From contig NC_045704.1 of assembly GCF_009834535.1 (NCBI RefSeq), positions 67,952,001 through 68,016,000 of the forward strand: a DNA stretch of 64,000 nucleotides. The letters are read 5' to 3'. The stretch is from Camelus ferus. Lineage: Eukaryota. The position numbers were made by a program, and so were the translations under genes. This document shows, one piece after another, positions 36,731-49,849 of the stretch. The notes under the pieces were generated by a model. It worked only from the letters and a program-made list of their open reading frames with translations. It was not told where the DNA came from and did no database searches. Each line of letters begins with the position of its first letter. Positions within the stretch are counted from its first letter, which is position 1.

Positions 36731-37874
36731 ACCCAACCCAAGTTTCTGAAATTCTCTTCACCCCACCTGCTCCTCCGTACATCCTCCACGTGACGCAAAC
36801 TGCTCACGGCTTCTCTTCTCCGGATCCTCACTAACGTAATCCCTGTGTGTAGCATCGTGCCAGCCAGCTCTTTTCTGACCTGACATTGTTCTGGCCCATC
36901 TTCAAGGGCCATTTTAAATGCCTTTATTATATTCCCAATTTTCTCCTTTTTCTTTGTACTCATTACCACATTTTAAAAACAAGTCACGTGTTGCAATTTC
37001 ACATTCCTTTTACTGTATTCCTTTGTGTATATGTGTGTTACTTCTGCAGACTATAAACTGTTTGTAGGTAAGGACCATCCACCTTGCAGAATGCCTTCCC
37101 CACTGATTGAGCAAGTTTGCATTTTATTAAACAGTCACTGGGCAGGTACAGACAGGAGGAAGATGCAAAGAAGCACTGGACATTTTGTACTAAATAATAA
37201 CTTCATTTGTCATTATGCATTGCTGTGGGAACAAAGAAATTGCATCTCTGTAATAACAGAAGATAGAAGTAGTGATGCCCCTGCTTTGGATGTAGGATGG
37301 GCCTGACTGCCGTACTGTGTCTTGATTTTAAATTTCTCCCTGAAATTAGGTAATTAAAAGAGGATCAGAAAAGTTTTAAAAATCTCTCAAAATAGACAAA
37401 ATTCTGAAATCTCATAATTTTAATAAAATAGGAGATACAATTCATTTTTCCATAGATAATTATTTCCCTAAGATAATTCTAGAATGCCATCACTTTTTGC
37501 CCAGGGTCTCCTTGCATGTTGACTTTACCTGCGGTGGTAGAGCTGGGTTTTCCAGCTCCATGTGGTTGTCATTCCCAGTCCACCATTAATGTGGATGCGG
37601 CTTGAGTGAACGTGCCTCGGCTAGTTGTTCAATAGATGGTCAGTTTGGATCCTGAAGGCGTTTGAGTGGATGACCTTGGTTTAAGTAAATAAATAACACA
37701 GAACCATTTTAATTTTTTCATCAATTCCTAGCACTGCCTGGTAAGTAATGTACCTTTGATGTTAACTCGGTTAGGAAAGCCACTCGAAACAAACAACAGG
37801 AAGTTTCTGACCAGAGGTATGTAGACCCCAGAACAAATAAATAAACTAGGACAAATGTAAAACTTCAAAGAAGT

Positions 37875-38150
37875 CGTGGTGCTAAGTGAAATAAGTCAGA
37901 CAGAAAAGCACTGATACTGTGTGATCTCACTTATATGTGGAATCTAAAAAATATAGCAAACTAGTGAATATGACAGAAAAGCAGACTCACAGACATGGAG
38001 AACAGACATAGCGGCTACCAGTGGGGAGCAGGAAACGGGGAGGGGCAAGCTAGAGGCAGGGCAGCAAGGGGTACGAACTATTAAGTATAAAATAAGCTAC
38101 AAGGATATATCATACAACACAGGGAATGCAGCAAATATTTTGTTTAAAAA
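37875..38150 (+). mobile_element. L1 3' UTR fragment (L1MA/laurasiatherian type)
   Basis: gctaagtgaaataagtcagacagaaaag...atctcacttatatgtggaatctaaaaa...tataaaataagctacaaggatata. Confidence 0.9.
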
Positions 38151-40152
38151 AGGCTTATTCGGGAATGGATGTTTTTTGATCTTCATTATTGACTGGCTTG
38201 ATTTCCTTATTTCCATGTTGGGTTCTTTCTTGCCCTGGAGACTCAGTGAGTTTATGTCTTGTGGTTCGTAAGTCACAAGATACCTGGAATTAAGTGGTAT
38301 GTATTTTTCTTTCTTTAGTGTGAGCCTGTAAAACCTCAGCTCTTTGTATCTTACGGCAATCAGAACTAAGTGGAGGCTTGCATAATTGGCTCCCTCTTTC
38401 TAATGTCTCCATACAAACAAAATGCTGTAGGCAACCCCTGAACACGTAGAAACCTTTACCTTCCTGAACACAGATGGAATGAGACAGTCTCCGGACATTT
38501 ACACCTCTTTGGGCCCTGTGGACTTACCACAGAATGATCAAAAATTGGGGGGATAATTGGAGTAATTACTCTTCTTAAAGATGAGGTGCCAATAGGAAAA
38601 CTTTTTGGTAACTGGAGCCTTTAGACACCAAACTGATGACAGACTGTTACTATTGTGTGAACTCCCTTCGAAATATCTCTGAAAATAAAAAGAAATGGGA
38701 GATAAGGCCAGTGAAGCCTCAGAACTTTTATTAAATCACCCATCTTTTCATTTCTATATCTTAAGAAGAGTCAGCCCTTTTGCTGCTAGCACAAAGTGAC
38801 CCATATGATGTGTGCAGTGGATTTTCTTATCCCTTTATTATGAGAAATATCTCTCCTTCCTTTTCACCTTCTGGGGGACTTTTGGCCCTAGATCTCCTAG
38901 ACAACTTGAAAAAAATGCCCACAGGAACAATGGAAGCTGACTTGGCAGATCTGGCCGTGGGTTGGGTGATAGGCTCCGACACTGAGTTCAGGATTATTAT
39001 TTTGATGGGAGATATTATTTTTAGAATCAAATATGGTACTTTAAAAGAAATGGAAACAGATAGTGTCTTTCTCCTAAAACGCTGGCACTTTGATTTGTGG
39101 CCAGGACAGCGTTCACGGGAATGAGGCTGAGTGCAGCTGGCAGAAGGATCAGCATAACCAAGTGCCCAGTAGAAGTGGGCTCTCAGCAGCTAGTTGAGGA
39201 TGAAGATAGAAGGTGCCTAGGGTGGGAGAGTCTTCTAGACGTCGGGAGGCACCCAAAATGAGGCACAGAGCAGAGACCTGGGGACTCACAGAAGTTGCCC
39301 TTGAGAAATGAAAATGACAGAGAAGAGGGTCAGGTGTGATAATGGATGAAAGAAAATAAGTATTAAGTTGAAAGTGAGAAGGGACTTAAAGGGACTTCCG
39401 ACTGGAGGAGAAGGCCAAACAGAATTAAACAACTTGGGAAAATAGCTGGAATAGCCTAACAGAACTGTTTCTACTTGAAAGCATCCTATTTTCTGGCATT
39501 TTCTACTAGGCAGAGAAGGGAGAATATAAATTAGGTTAAGGTGGATGTTCTGGGTTAGCTCTTAGGTAAGATTGTAAGTCAGAAGCCTCACCTGCAGGTG
39601 AGGTGACTGGTCGGGGGGGCATTGAGATTGCTTCCAAGGTACAGATTCTGTATCACAAAAATTCAGTGGAGCGTTCTTATGAAAATGATTAGAATGTGAG
39701 AGTAAACCCAACTAATTTATCAATTGAGTGTCTGGAATATATACAGGGGAGAGAATATCATTTATAAACTTGCCAAAGTAAAAATACTGGGATGGAGATG
39801 AAGACTTCCTCATTTGTATTTTTGGAAATAATTGTTACTAGTGCTTGGGAAAGGCCAAGAGGACGCTAAACGTAGGACAAGGAAAGAGAACGTCTAACAG
39901 GTACATGCATGATTTGGCTGTTAGGGGAGAAAATGATGAAATTCAGTCATTTGTCCATAACAGAACTAATTATGCAATAGGACCTTAGTTGGCTTAATTT
40001 AAAAGTTTCAAATGGACACCATAGGACACTTTGTAAAATGAGTAAATTTACCATGATTTTGTATAGTCACCAGAAGAATCGTAAAGTTACAAAGCCCCCA
40101 AATCACATTGTTATATTTGCTTATTATAATAGGTAGAGATAGTCCCTGTCTA

Positions 40153-40283
40153 AATTTTATTTTATTTTTTGTTGGGGGCAGGTAATTAGGTTGGTTACTT
40201 ATTCAATGGCGGTACAGGGGATTGAACCCGGGACCTCGTGCATGCTGGGCGTGCACTGTACCGCCGAACTATACCCTCCCCCC
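40153..40283 (-). mobile_element. tRNA-derived SINE (camelid type) with a 17-bp TSD
   Basis: Minus strand reads ggggagggtatagttcggcgg (A box)...gggttcaatccc (B box)...cctaattacc plus an A-rich tail; TSD gagatagtccctgtcta (40136-40152) / gagatcatccctgtcta (40284-40300). Confidence 0.9.
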
Positions 40284-41249
40284 GAGATCATCCCTGTCTA
40301 GACAGAGGTTGAGCTGAGAAGACAGAAGGCCTGTGGAGCCAACAGGTGGCATGTTAACTGCGTCATGTCCGCTTGAATACACGAGACCATTTGTAATCTG
40401 TTGCAACAACTTCGTATTTATATTTGCAAACCCCTCGGCATCAGGTAGCCTTTTCCCTTTCCCATTCATGTTAGGAATGTTTCTAGCAAAATTTCAGATT
40501 AGAGGGATAGAATTTAAAACTAAAATTTGTAAACAAAAGCTTTACATTTAAGCTAATGGATATTTACTATTTGGGTACTTGTCACGTTGATATCTTGAGA
40601 GATGGGAGAGAAAACCCTCAGCTGATACTTCAGAACGTAATAGAAGAGTTTAATGACTATATTGCAAAAAGTATTAGAAATTTGCAACATTATTAACTTT
40701 TAGGTGAATAAACATTTATTAAAAATAATGTAAATAATTCTTGGCCTCTCTTCTAAGTGACTTTTTTGCAACGAACTGCTACTTGTTACTCTGAAATTGC
40801 TGCAAGGTCATTGCTGTCCATTGGGAGCATCTGTATTCTCCCCAGTATCCCCAAGACAGTGATAGTCCTGTCCTGAGCCCACAAGTCCCATTGTCCTCAG
40901 TCCTGAACACACGTCACTCACCTTCTTTATCCTGTCCCTGCTGATCCAAAGCTGGAAGCTCCCACACCCAGCACTTCTTACAACACCCGCTAGTGATGGG
41001 ACCACCTTGGAGAGTGAAAGACTGAGTCAGCGTTAGCTGTGAGAGAGCATAAGGGGAGAAAGGCACGGAAAGAATGAAAAGGGTGATGATTAGCAGAGAA
41101 GTGCCTATCCTGTTAATTGCAGCCTTTTACACACGGTGGCTCTGTCCCTCCCCTCAATTTTCCTTCCCCTCATTGTCCTTCCCCCCACCCGCTATCGTAC
41201 ATCTGTTATGTATCATAGATACATCATCCACGTATCTGTTCATTCGTTA

Positions 41250-41378
41250 TTGTCTCCTCTTCCACAGGACTTTGTTTCGCTCAGTGCTCTGTGTGGAGAG
41301 CCTAGAGCAGTGCCTGGCACTTGGTAGGTTCTCAATAAATGTGTGTGTGTGTGTGTGTGTGTTTAAATAAATGAATCT
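41250..41378 (+). mobile_element. L2a 3' end with a (TG)n expansion in the tail
   Basis: cctagagcagtgcctggcacttggtaggttctcaataaat(gt)n...aaataaatgaat. Confidence 0.85.
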
Positions 41379-41504
41379 CTGACTGAATTGGACAGCTGAC
41401 ATGAGATCTCTGAGTGGACAATGGCTTTCATGCTTTTAGGATAGGGGCTTAAATATCTTGTCAAAAAAATTAAGACCTTGTTTCAAAAACACGGAGCATC
41501 TGTA

Positions 41505-41652
41505 TTTGACGATGTTGGATGTCAACTAGACATTGTGGTGACTGTTTTGCAATGTGTGTGTGTATATATATATATATGTATGTATGTATATAGAATTCTT
41601 CTGTTGTACACCTGAAACTAATATGTCAATTGTATCTCAATTTATAAAAACT
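41505..41652 (+). mobile_element. L1 3' terminal fragment with an internal (TG)/(TA) microsatellite
   Basis: gttgtacacctgaaactaatatgtcaattgtatctcaattt. Confidence 0.8.
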
Positions 41653-41946
41653 ATTAAATTAAAAGAATGAATAAAGTGAAATTTAAACCTCCCAAATTAC
41701 AGACCGTCACTTTTTTTCTGCATTAACGAAGTATCTCTTGGTATTATATACTATTAAATAATAGATGCTCAAACATATTAATGTGTTTGAATAAATTCAT
41801 TGAAGATGATCAATTAAAGGAGGAATAAATGGGTCTCGGGAGTGATGCAGGGAGAAAGGAAAGTAATTATTCGCATGAGACTAGAAGGACCCTCGGCTGG
41901 GGGAAAAGCTGATGGGAGCAGGCTGTGGGGGCTGTAATGCAGTTCT

Positions 41947-42081
41947 TTCTTTCTTTCTTTTTAGTGAAAAACAACAATAGATTTATAGTATAATAGTAGA
42001 CTGTCTTCTTTTATTTTATTTTTTGAAGTACCCTCAGTTACAGTGTGTCGATTTCTGGTGTGCAGCACAAAGTCCCAGTCA
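41947..42081 (-). mobile_element. 5'-truncated L1 plus extra 3' segment within one 14-bp TSD
   Basis: TSD tgtaatgcagttct (41933-41946) / tgtaatgcatttct (42082-42095); L1 tail 42025-42081; A-rich linker 42005-42024; unique 41963-42004; tail 41947-41962. Confidence 0.75.
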
Positions 42082-42689
42082 TGTAATGCATTTCTACCTC
42101 CAGGTGGGTCTAGGCTGAGACTGTCCCAGCTAGTAAATGTTTGTTACCCCTTCAAATCACATTTTTGAATGTGTGTTTTGTGACTACTTGGAAGCCAGGC
42201 TAAGGACTCAGTGATGGAAGAACAGAAAAGAAGTGTGACCTTGGTGGAAAGCTTTAGGTGTCCTCTGCCACCCAGCTCTGGCCCCATAAAACACGGGCTT
42301 CGGGGACCCACCCACCTATGAAGGCAGCTTAATGAGGCCGCGTGGTCTTCTCACGGCCTCCCCCTGCCTCCCCAACTCTCCTTCCAGGCAGCTCGTTAAA
42401 ATGTCTGCCAACCACAAGCCACACTCCTCCCTCCCGCTGGCCCCCCAGTGATGTTGTAGGGCCCGCTGCCCACCATCAGTTGGGCTCCCAAGTGGCTGTC
42501 TGGCTTCCACTCATCCTCACTCTTGAACTTAGCAATGCCTCTAGTTAAGGGTTGTGTGGGAAATGAGTTCACTGCCAGTATTGGAGGGTAGATTTCAGGA
42601 ACATTAGTAACAATATTACTAAGTGTGGTCATGTGCCAGGTAACGTAGAATTGAAACAAAAGGAGGGTTTATCTTTAGAGACTAACCCG

Positions 42690-42880
42690 ATAGCACTTAC
42701 TGGGCTTAACACACGGCACACATGATCTGCTTTAATCCGCATGGGCATCTGATGAAGGAACAGATATCCACGTTATACATGAAGCAGCGGAGGGTTAGAG
42801 ACAGTGAAGGACTTTCTCAAGGTTAAATCGTGCTGGTTAGTGCAGGAGTCAAGACTTAAACCACGATCCAAGCTCTAAGT
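42690..42880 (-). mobile_element. MIR SINE
   Basis: tagcacttactggg...tttaatccgcat...ggactttctcaaggtta...caggagtcaagacttaaacc. Confidence 0.6.
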
Positions 42881-45800
42881 TTATGTATTTTAACCTTATC
42901 CTTCTAAAATAAATGAAAACATTTTCATAGACCCTTAAAAGTGTCACGGGCGCTGGGTCCTGTGCCCGGTGCGTTAAGTACGTGTATTGATCGTGTGTCA
43001 GACGCAACTTGGCAAAGGCTATTGCTTACCTATTGCTGAGCAGGAAAGTCAGACACAAGTAGGCAAGAAATACCCTCTTTGGTTTACTGCGATCTGTCTG
43101 GGAGTGACTTTTCTGCCCTTTGGCTTTGAAGTTCTAATCATCACTCAGTTGTCACTTGGTAACTGCCTAATTATATTACTCGGTGATAAGCGGAGTTTTT
43201 TGAGCAACAACTCTTTCAAACAGCTGTGATTGGATTTGTTTTTGATACTTTATTTCATTTACAATTGCATTTGCAAAATCATAATTAGTCTAATTTATTT
43301 AATGACCCCCATCACAGGCTGTAGAATATGTAGAATGTTTTTAATTACACGTGAATCGACACCATAATTTTAAAAGATTCTCGTGAAGTGGGCATTCACA
43401 TCGTTTCCACCACTGGTCCTTAGCCAAGGATTTAGTCATTTTCCCCCTTACAGTGAAAAGGTTCTTAATGAATACAAAATGTTTTTCTGAAAGGTTGAAT
43501 TCACTTAGTAATTTAGAGAGCTATCTTTCTCTTTTAAAGTTTTGGAATCTTGTTCCTGACCTTTTCTATTCTGTGCCCAGGATAAATATATTTCTTTAGA
43601 TAAATTTAATGATGTTATAACTGATCCTGAACAAAAGGTTAAGGTCTAATAAGGACCACAACTGAATTTAATCTGTCAAATGTGGTTTCATTTGTGTTTT
43701 TGTTTTTCCTCTCAGTTTAGGTGTGTCTCTTAATTGGCCTTACCTTAGAGCAAACTTGTGTTATTTTTCACTTTTGGGGAGACTTGAGGATGGTGACATC
43801 CTCAAGAACCTGAGTAGGGGAGAGTGAAGCTCAATTATTTTCGTCTACTTGGCTGACAACGGTTCTGGGAAGTCTGGATGGCACTGTGAAAAGTTTACGT
43901 GCTTCGCCAAATGCTGTCCAATTGGCCGATCCACTTGGTCTTGGGAAATGTCCTAGGAGCTTGGCAAGAAGAAGTTCTCAAGAGAGCATGAGTGCTGCCA
44001 GTTTCCAACCGGCCCAGACTCATTACAAGGACAGCCTTCTCCCCGAGGGACTTGGCGTTTCCACTCCAGCTGGAATCTGCAGCGCAAAGACGCGCTGGGG
44101 AGAAGGACTAAACAAACCTTTCCGGTTCCTGCTCCCTGTGCATCTTTTGTTGTGCTCCGTCTGGTGAATCTTCCTTTCCCATGTGGTCTGCTCTAGTCTT
44201 CTTTTCATCACTGACCATTTCTAGTATTAAGGAACAGTGGGCATGTGACAGGTTAGTTTCGGAACAAAGAAAGAGCCGGGAGCCGATGCAGGAGGAGGGA
44301 ACAGATGCGCAAGGCACTGGCCTGCCTGAGGACGTCACACGTCAGGTGTGCTGTGTCGGGGGACCCGCCTGTCACACTGGCCCCTGCTCAGGCAGCTCCC
44401 AGTCCCCGTGGCCGTTTGGGAAATGGTGACAACTGTGCTCTTCACCCGGCTGCTTCCATTTGTAAAACCTGGGGAGGAGTGGCTGTCACCCCGGGGAGGT
44501 GGCCCTTCACTGTGAATCTCCTTTCTAATCACAGGCGAGAGTCCAGGCCCCCAGCAGAACTGAACGACACTTCAGGGCCTACCTCAAATAGGTTTAAAGT
44601 GCTTTTTATATAAAATGACCTCAGGAAACTGAAAAGAAAAAAAAAGCTATTTGTCTAATTGGAATTTCTAAACAGTTACTTTTTTGCTCCTGAAATCACA
44701 CTCATTTTATGTTGTTTAAACACAGCCACTTGTGAGAGGTTAGACAAGCAAGACAAAGATAGCGACCCGCCAGGTGACATTCCGTCCCCAGGTTTCCCAG
44801 CTGGGTGTGGCGGGGACGGTGTGTAGAGCCCGCACCTGCCCCTTTGGCACATCTGGCCTCATTCTCCCCTTAAACGTTGTCAGCACTGTCATCTCTGAAA
44901 ACAGAGCCTTGTAGAGGACTAGTTGAGACGGTTCCTTCAGTGGTTAGTTTATCCTTGTCCCTAGAACTCTGGTTTCCCTTTTGACCGTGCTCCCCAGTCC
45001 CCGTGTCTTGCACAGGATGCTTCTGGGATTTTGCTCAGGCCCCGTGGCTTTCAGCGGCCTGACCATCAGAGCAGGTCAGCGCGGTCCTTGCCTGCCTCGT
45101 GCAGGTGGCACGGAAGGGGGCCGGGCGCTCAGGAGCAAGTCCAGCCCTGCTCCCCGTGCTCTCCTCTCGGCCCCTGTTCCTGCAGTATGACAGCCCCCTT
45201 CTGGAGGCCTCCTCTCCACCTGCCTTTTCAGTTTCTGGTACAGTCACACTATCGGAAAGCTCTCGACCACCAGAGAAATTGCTGCCCAGAGGGGCGTGAG
45301 CTGGTGATGGTCTCTGGACGTCAGCAGAGGTTTTGGCATCGCTCCTATCAGGTCCCGTGACTCTGTTACCAGATATTTGGCCACAGGCTCACTGTATGGA
45401 TGCCCAGGGCAGAGCCCTTCTCACAGGCAGATGAGGAGGGAAGGAGAGGAAGGAGGGTCCCGAGGGACAGATCTCCGCCAGCCTTCATGTTCTCCATGAG
45501 CACTGGCCCTTCCCAGACTGTCCCAGAGGGGCCCACTCCATTAATCAATCGGTGGCCTGATCTTAGCCATGTTGCCGGCCCCTGCTGCTGTCAGCCACGC
45601 GGAGAGCACGTGTAACACGTGTGACTTGGAGTCAGAAAAAGGACTCATGCAGAATCCTATGGAAATACTATTGTACTTCTCACAAAAAGGGAACTAGAAA
45701 GAAACTTTCTTTTGAGGCCAGTATACAAGTCTAGCTCAGTGCTGATTTTCATGATTTTGGAATCATCAGAGATGTCTCTCTCCTTCCCCAGTGGCCGCCG

Positions 45801-46714
45801 GTGAGGCTCACAGCTCACCTCACCCCAGGCGGCAGCTCTCTGGGTGTCCATTCTGACAATCAGCCGAGGGCTCTCTGGATGCTTGCCACGGGTGTGGTTT
45901 GTCACACGGATACAGTGGAACTCTTAGCCACGCCTGTGTTTACAGCACTCCCCCCACCCAGCTTTGGAGGATCCCCCAAGCCTGACAAATCTCATGACCA
46001 CTTGACAGGGCGCTGCCAGCATCTCAGAGTCGACTGGGCTCTGTCGGCACATGAGGAGGGGTTGGTCCCATTCCACAGCACCTGGAATATAAAGGGCCTT
46101 CCTTCTGCTTGAAAAAAGAATATGTTTTCTTATCACTTTCTTAAGGTTGCTTTGGCAAGCACCTAGGGAGCAGGCATGGAATATTGCTTACATCCTATGC
46201 TTGGAATCGCCAATGCAAAATCAGTGGTCCCACCAGCATTCTCAGCACCTGTGGGAGGTACAAGCATTACACCAGCGGTTCAGAGAGCACAGTTTGCCCC
46301 CGTGGAAGCCGTGCTGCCTGATCACTGATAGTTCTCACCCCGTGCTTAACCCCGAACGATTTTCCTTTTCCAGCCAGTGTCCCAGTGCCGTGATGTCACT
46401 CCCTGCTTTTGCGTTTCCGTACACCAGGTCTACACTAGTGAATACCCCAGGGCCAGTGAGGTCATCGGCTTGCTGGCTCGCTCTCAGCTGCGCTTATCCC
46501 CGCGTGGACCAGCCGGCACCTTGGTCGTCATCAAACCCAGTCCAGCGGGAGCTGTAGAGCATGCCCAGGCCCTGTCCGTCATCAAAGGACACAAAGGCTG
46601 TCCCAATGCTGGAAAAATGGCCACGTGCTTGTCTGGGACCAGTCAGAGAAGTCCTAGGACAGGGTCACAATGTGAGGGAAATGTCCTGAGGAAGCACTGA
46701 GAATTAAAACTGGG

Positions 46715-47365
46715 GCTGAAATAGATGAGGGAGATTAAGGGGTACAACTTTCTGTTACAGAATAAGTGAATCATGGGTATGAAATGTACAGTGTGGGGAA
46801 TCTAGTCAATGATTGCATGATACCTTTGTAAGGTGACAGATGGTGACCAGACTTACCGTGGTGATCACTTTGGAATGTATAGAAACACAGAATCACTGCG
46901 CTGTGTACCAGGAGCGAACACACTGTTGTAGGCCAGCTATGCTTTAAAAACAAACTCACAGAACAAGAGCTAAGATGTGTGGTTACCAGAGGTGAGGACT
47001 TGGGTGAAGGCGGAATTGGATGAAGGTGGTCAAAGGGTACAAAGTTCCAGTTTTAAGATAAAGAATACTAGGGGCGTAATGTACAACATGATAAATGTAA
47101 TTCACACTGCTGTACATTATATGTGAGTCAAGAGGGTAAATCTTACAGATTCTCACTGCAAGGGAAAAAAATACATTTTTCTATTTCTTAAATTTCTTTT
47201 ATTTTCTTTCTTTCTATTTCATTGTATTTTGTATATGAGATGACGGATGCTCTGTGATAATCATGGTGTATGTAAGTCAGATCATCATGCTGTACACCTT
47301 AAGTTTATACGGTACTGTATGTCAGTTTTATCTCAAAAAAGCTGGAAGGAAAAAAATAAATAAAA
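46715..47365 (+). mobile_element. L1 3' UTR (laurasiatherian composite type)
   Basis: gagattaaggggtacaact...gtggtgatcactttggaatgtatagaaac...gtggttaccagagg...gctgtacaccttaagtttatac...tatctcaaaaaagctggaagg plus an A-rich tail. Confidence 0.9.
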
Positions 47366-47429
47366 CTTGATCTCATTTTTTTTCAAATTTGGTAAAGCAC
47401 TAAATTATAGCTAGACTTCAGGGCTTTTA

Positions 47430-48240
47430 CTAATGATATTTATGAAGGTAGCTAACATGTTTTGAGAGGTTTCTGTGTGCCAGGCTCTGAGATGTAGAAT
47501 TTATCACATCATCTCACTGTATCTTCATCTCCTGACGAAATGTCAGTAATATTTTCCCCATTATACAAACTCGACCCTGGGTGCTTGAGGACTTTTACAA
47601 AGTCGTAACCCAGCTCATTTTGGAAAGTGTAGGTAAAAGATCAGGATAGATGTAGTGGGCTCTGGCTTTCGGGAACACGTAATTTAATCCAATTTTGGAC
47701 CAAGTGCAAGACTGCCTGTGCTTGAGTCCTGGATCCATAGTTCACTAGACTCTTTGGAGTCAGCTTCTTTGTTGACAAGGTGGATCTAGTAACAGCACCT
47801 ACAGGAAAGGTTTGTAAAGATTAAAGGGACAATAATAACAGTAATTAATACTTACCAATGCTTATCATGTGCCAGGCACTCAGTCTAAGTTCACTGGACA
47901 TATGTGCTTATTTATTTCTGACCACAAATCTGTGAATTCCATACTACTATTGGCTTTTAGAGACGGAGAAGCTGAGGCACACGGGACTCAAGTGACCTTC
48001 CCAGGGTTATGTAGAGTTAAGGCGGAGCTGGGGTGTGGCTCCAGCAGGCTGTGCCAGGGACCACTATCCACTGCCTTCAGCAATGTGACCGGAGCGCTTA
48101 GCACCGTGCCCACCACATGGCACCTGCTCAGTCAGCGCTCATCATTTAAGAGCGTAACTCTGTGCCAGATGCTATGCTAACACTTTATTTAGGTTATTTC
48201 AGATAATCCTCATGGCCACCTAATAGGGAAGCAGTGAATC
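47430..48240. mobile_element. Cluster of MIR fragments: minus 47430-47580, plus 47700-47835, minus 47840-48060, minus 48140-48240
   Basis: Repeated MIR core and 3' motifs (atgtgccaggcac; ttttagagacggagaagctgaggcac; gactgcctgtgcttgagtcctgg). Confidence 0.7.
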
Positions 48241-49004
48241 CACTTTCGCATATTTGGGCCATGCATTATGGATGAAATACATTACATCTCTTTCCAACGT
48301 CACATTCCTCGTGGGTGGCCATATTGGGACAGAGACCCTTTGCCTCTTGAATCCCCAAACCTAGTTTTGACCATAGCAAATAGCCAGGCCACTGTTGCTG
48401 TTTTTAGGAATCACAATCCCAAATAATAGTGTCATTTTATGGAAGCCTTTTAACATGTTCTGTATCTCTCAGGTGGCCCTCGTGTCATCTTTCTGACGCT
48501 TATTTAGTTTTGGTTTCCGGAGTTACGAAGCTGATGCTCTTTTGCTACAGTTCCTTTTTCCTTTCTCCCCTCTGCTCCCACATGGGAAGCCTCCACGTGC
48601 AGCGGTCCCCCCCGCCCCGGGAGCGTGGGCGGCGCAGGAACCACCTTGCATCCTCGGGCTCTGCTGCACCTCACCTTGGGGCGATTTATCAGCCAGCCAG
48701 TCTCAGCAAGGTGCTAAACGCCAGACGTTGCCTCGTCGGCGAGGATCATCCTCTGAGCATCTGTCTCCAGTCCCAGGAGGGGAAGGGCCCTAACGCACAG
48801 AAAACCTGACTATTTATAAGGAGGTGTCTGGCTGCTAATGAGTCGCCAGGGGTGACCCAAGGAAGTAAAGTTAGCCCAAGGGAGACCGGCCGCACTGGGT
48901 GAACTCCCTGACGTTTTCCGTGTGTGAGGACTGGCGGGCACCTGGCATCCTCTAAGGAAGAACTTACCTGGCTCCTGTTTTCAGTCCCGTTGGCTGGAAG
49001 CTGG

Positions 49005-49385
49005 AAGCTCACACCACAAACTTGGCGGCTTAAAACCACAGTTCTAGAAGCTGGAAATAAAAAAAAAAAATTGTGTCACCAAAGCCACGTTCCCTCTGAG
49101 ACTCTCGATAGGACCCTTCCTTGCCTCTCCCGAGTTCCTGGAGGTGGCGACAGCGCGCGGCGTCCTCGGCCAGCAGCTGCGTCACCCGGCGGCTGCCTGT
49201 GTGCTCACAGGCTCTTCCTGGGCTTCTCCGCTTCACGTGGCATTTTCTTCTCGTGAAGACTCGAGTCGCTTTGGATCAGGACCTGCCCTCATGATCTCAT
49301 CTTGATTTGATTGCATCTGCCAAGACCCTACTTCCAAATTAAGTTATGTCCGTAGCCACAGTGGGGACACAGTGCAACCCGCGAG
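49005..49385 (-). mobile_element. MaLR LTR (MLT1B/C-like)
   Basis: caccacaaacttggcggcttaaaac...cccttccttgcctctc...ctcatcttgatttgattgcatctgccaagaccctacttccaaat. Confidence 0.8.
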
Positions 49386-49849
49386 ACCATGTAAGTCAGT
49401 GAGGTTCCAGGGATTGAGAACAAGTGTCTCTGAGGACGGACTCAGTCCACCCTGTATTCCTAGGTGACAGATAGTAAGGTTAAGCATCTCGGATCATGCA
49501 GGGCTTGCCCGGGTTCCCAGGGGAGGTCTGAGCTGAGTCCAGAACCCAGGTCTGTGGACCTGCATCCTGGCCTGTGCCTCTTCTATTCAAGTAGGCAAGT
49601 GCTTAGTCGAGTGTCACAGATAAAGAGGTCTTGGGTGGAAATTCACAGAAATTGTGTTAGGATCACAGACCAGGGCAAAGATTTAGAAATTCCAATGGCT
49701 ATTTTTAGGGAATGCAATGGCCTGGCTTTACGGCCTTGAGGAAATCGCCTTTTAAATGTTATGAGAGCTTTGAAACAGGAATGTCACCCAAACTTGAAAT
49801 GAACTTGGCTAATTAAAGCATCCTAACAAACCGAACGAACAGGGAGAGC

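Noticed and set aside
40200-40283. tRNA-like sequence with A and B boxes
   Set aside because: It is the head of a SINE with a tail and TSD, not a tRNA gene
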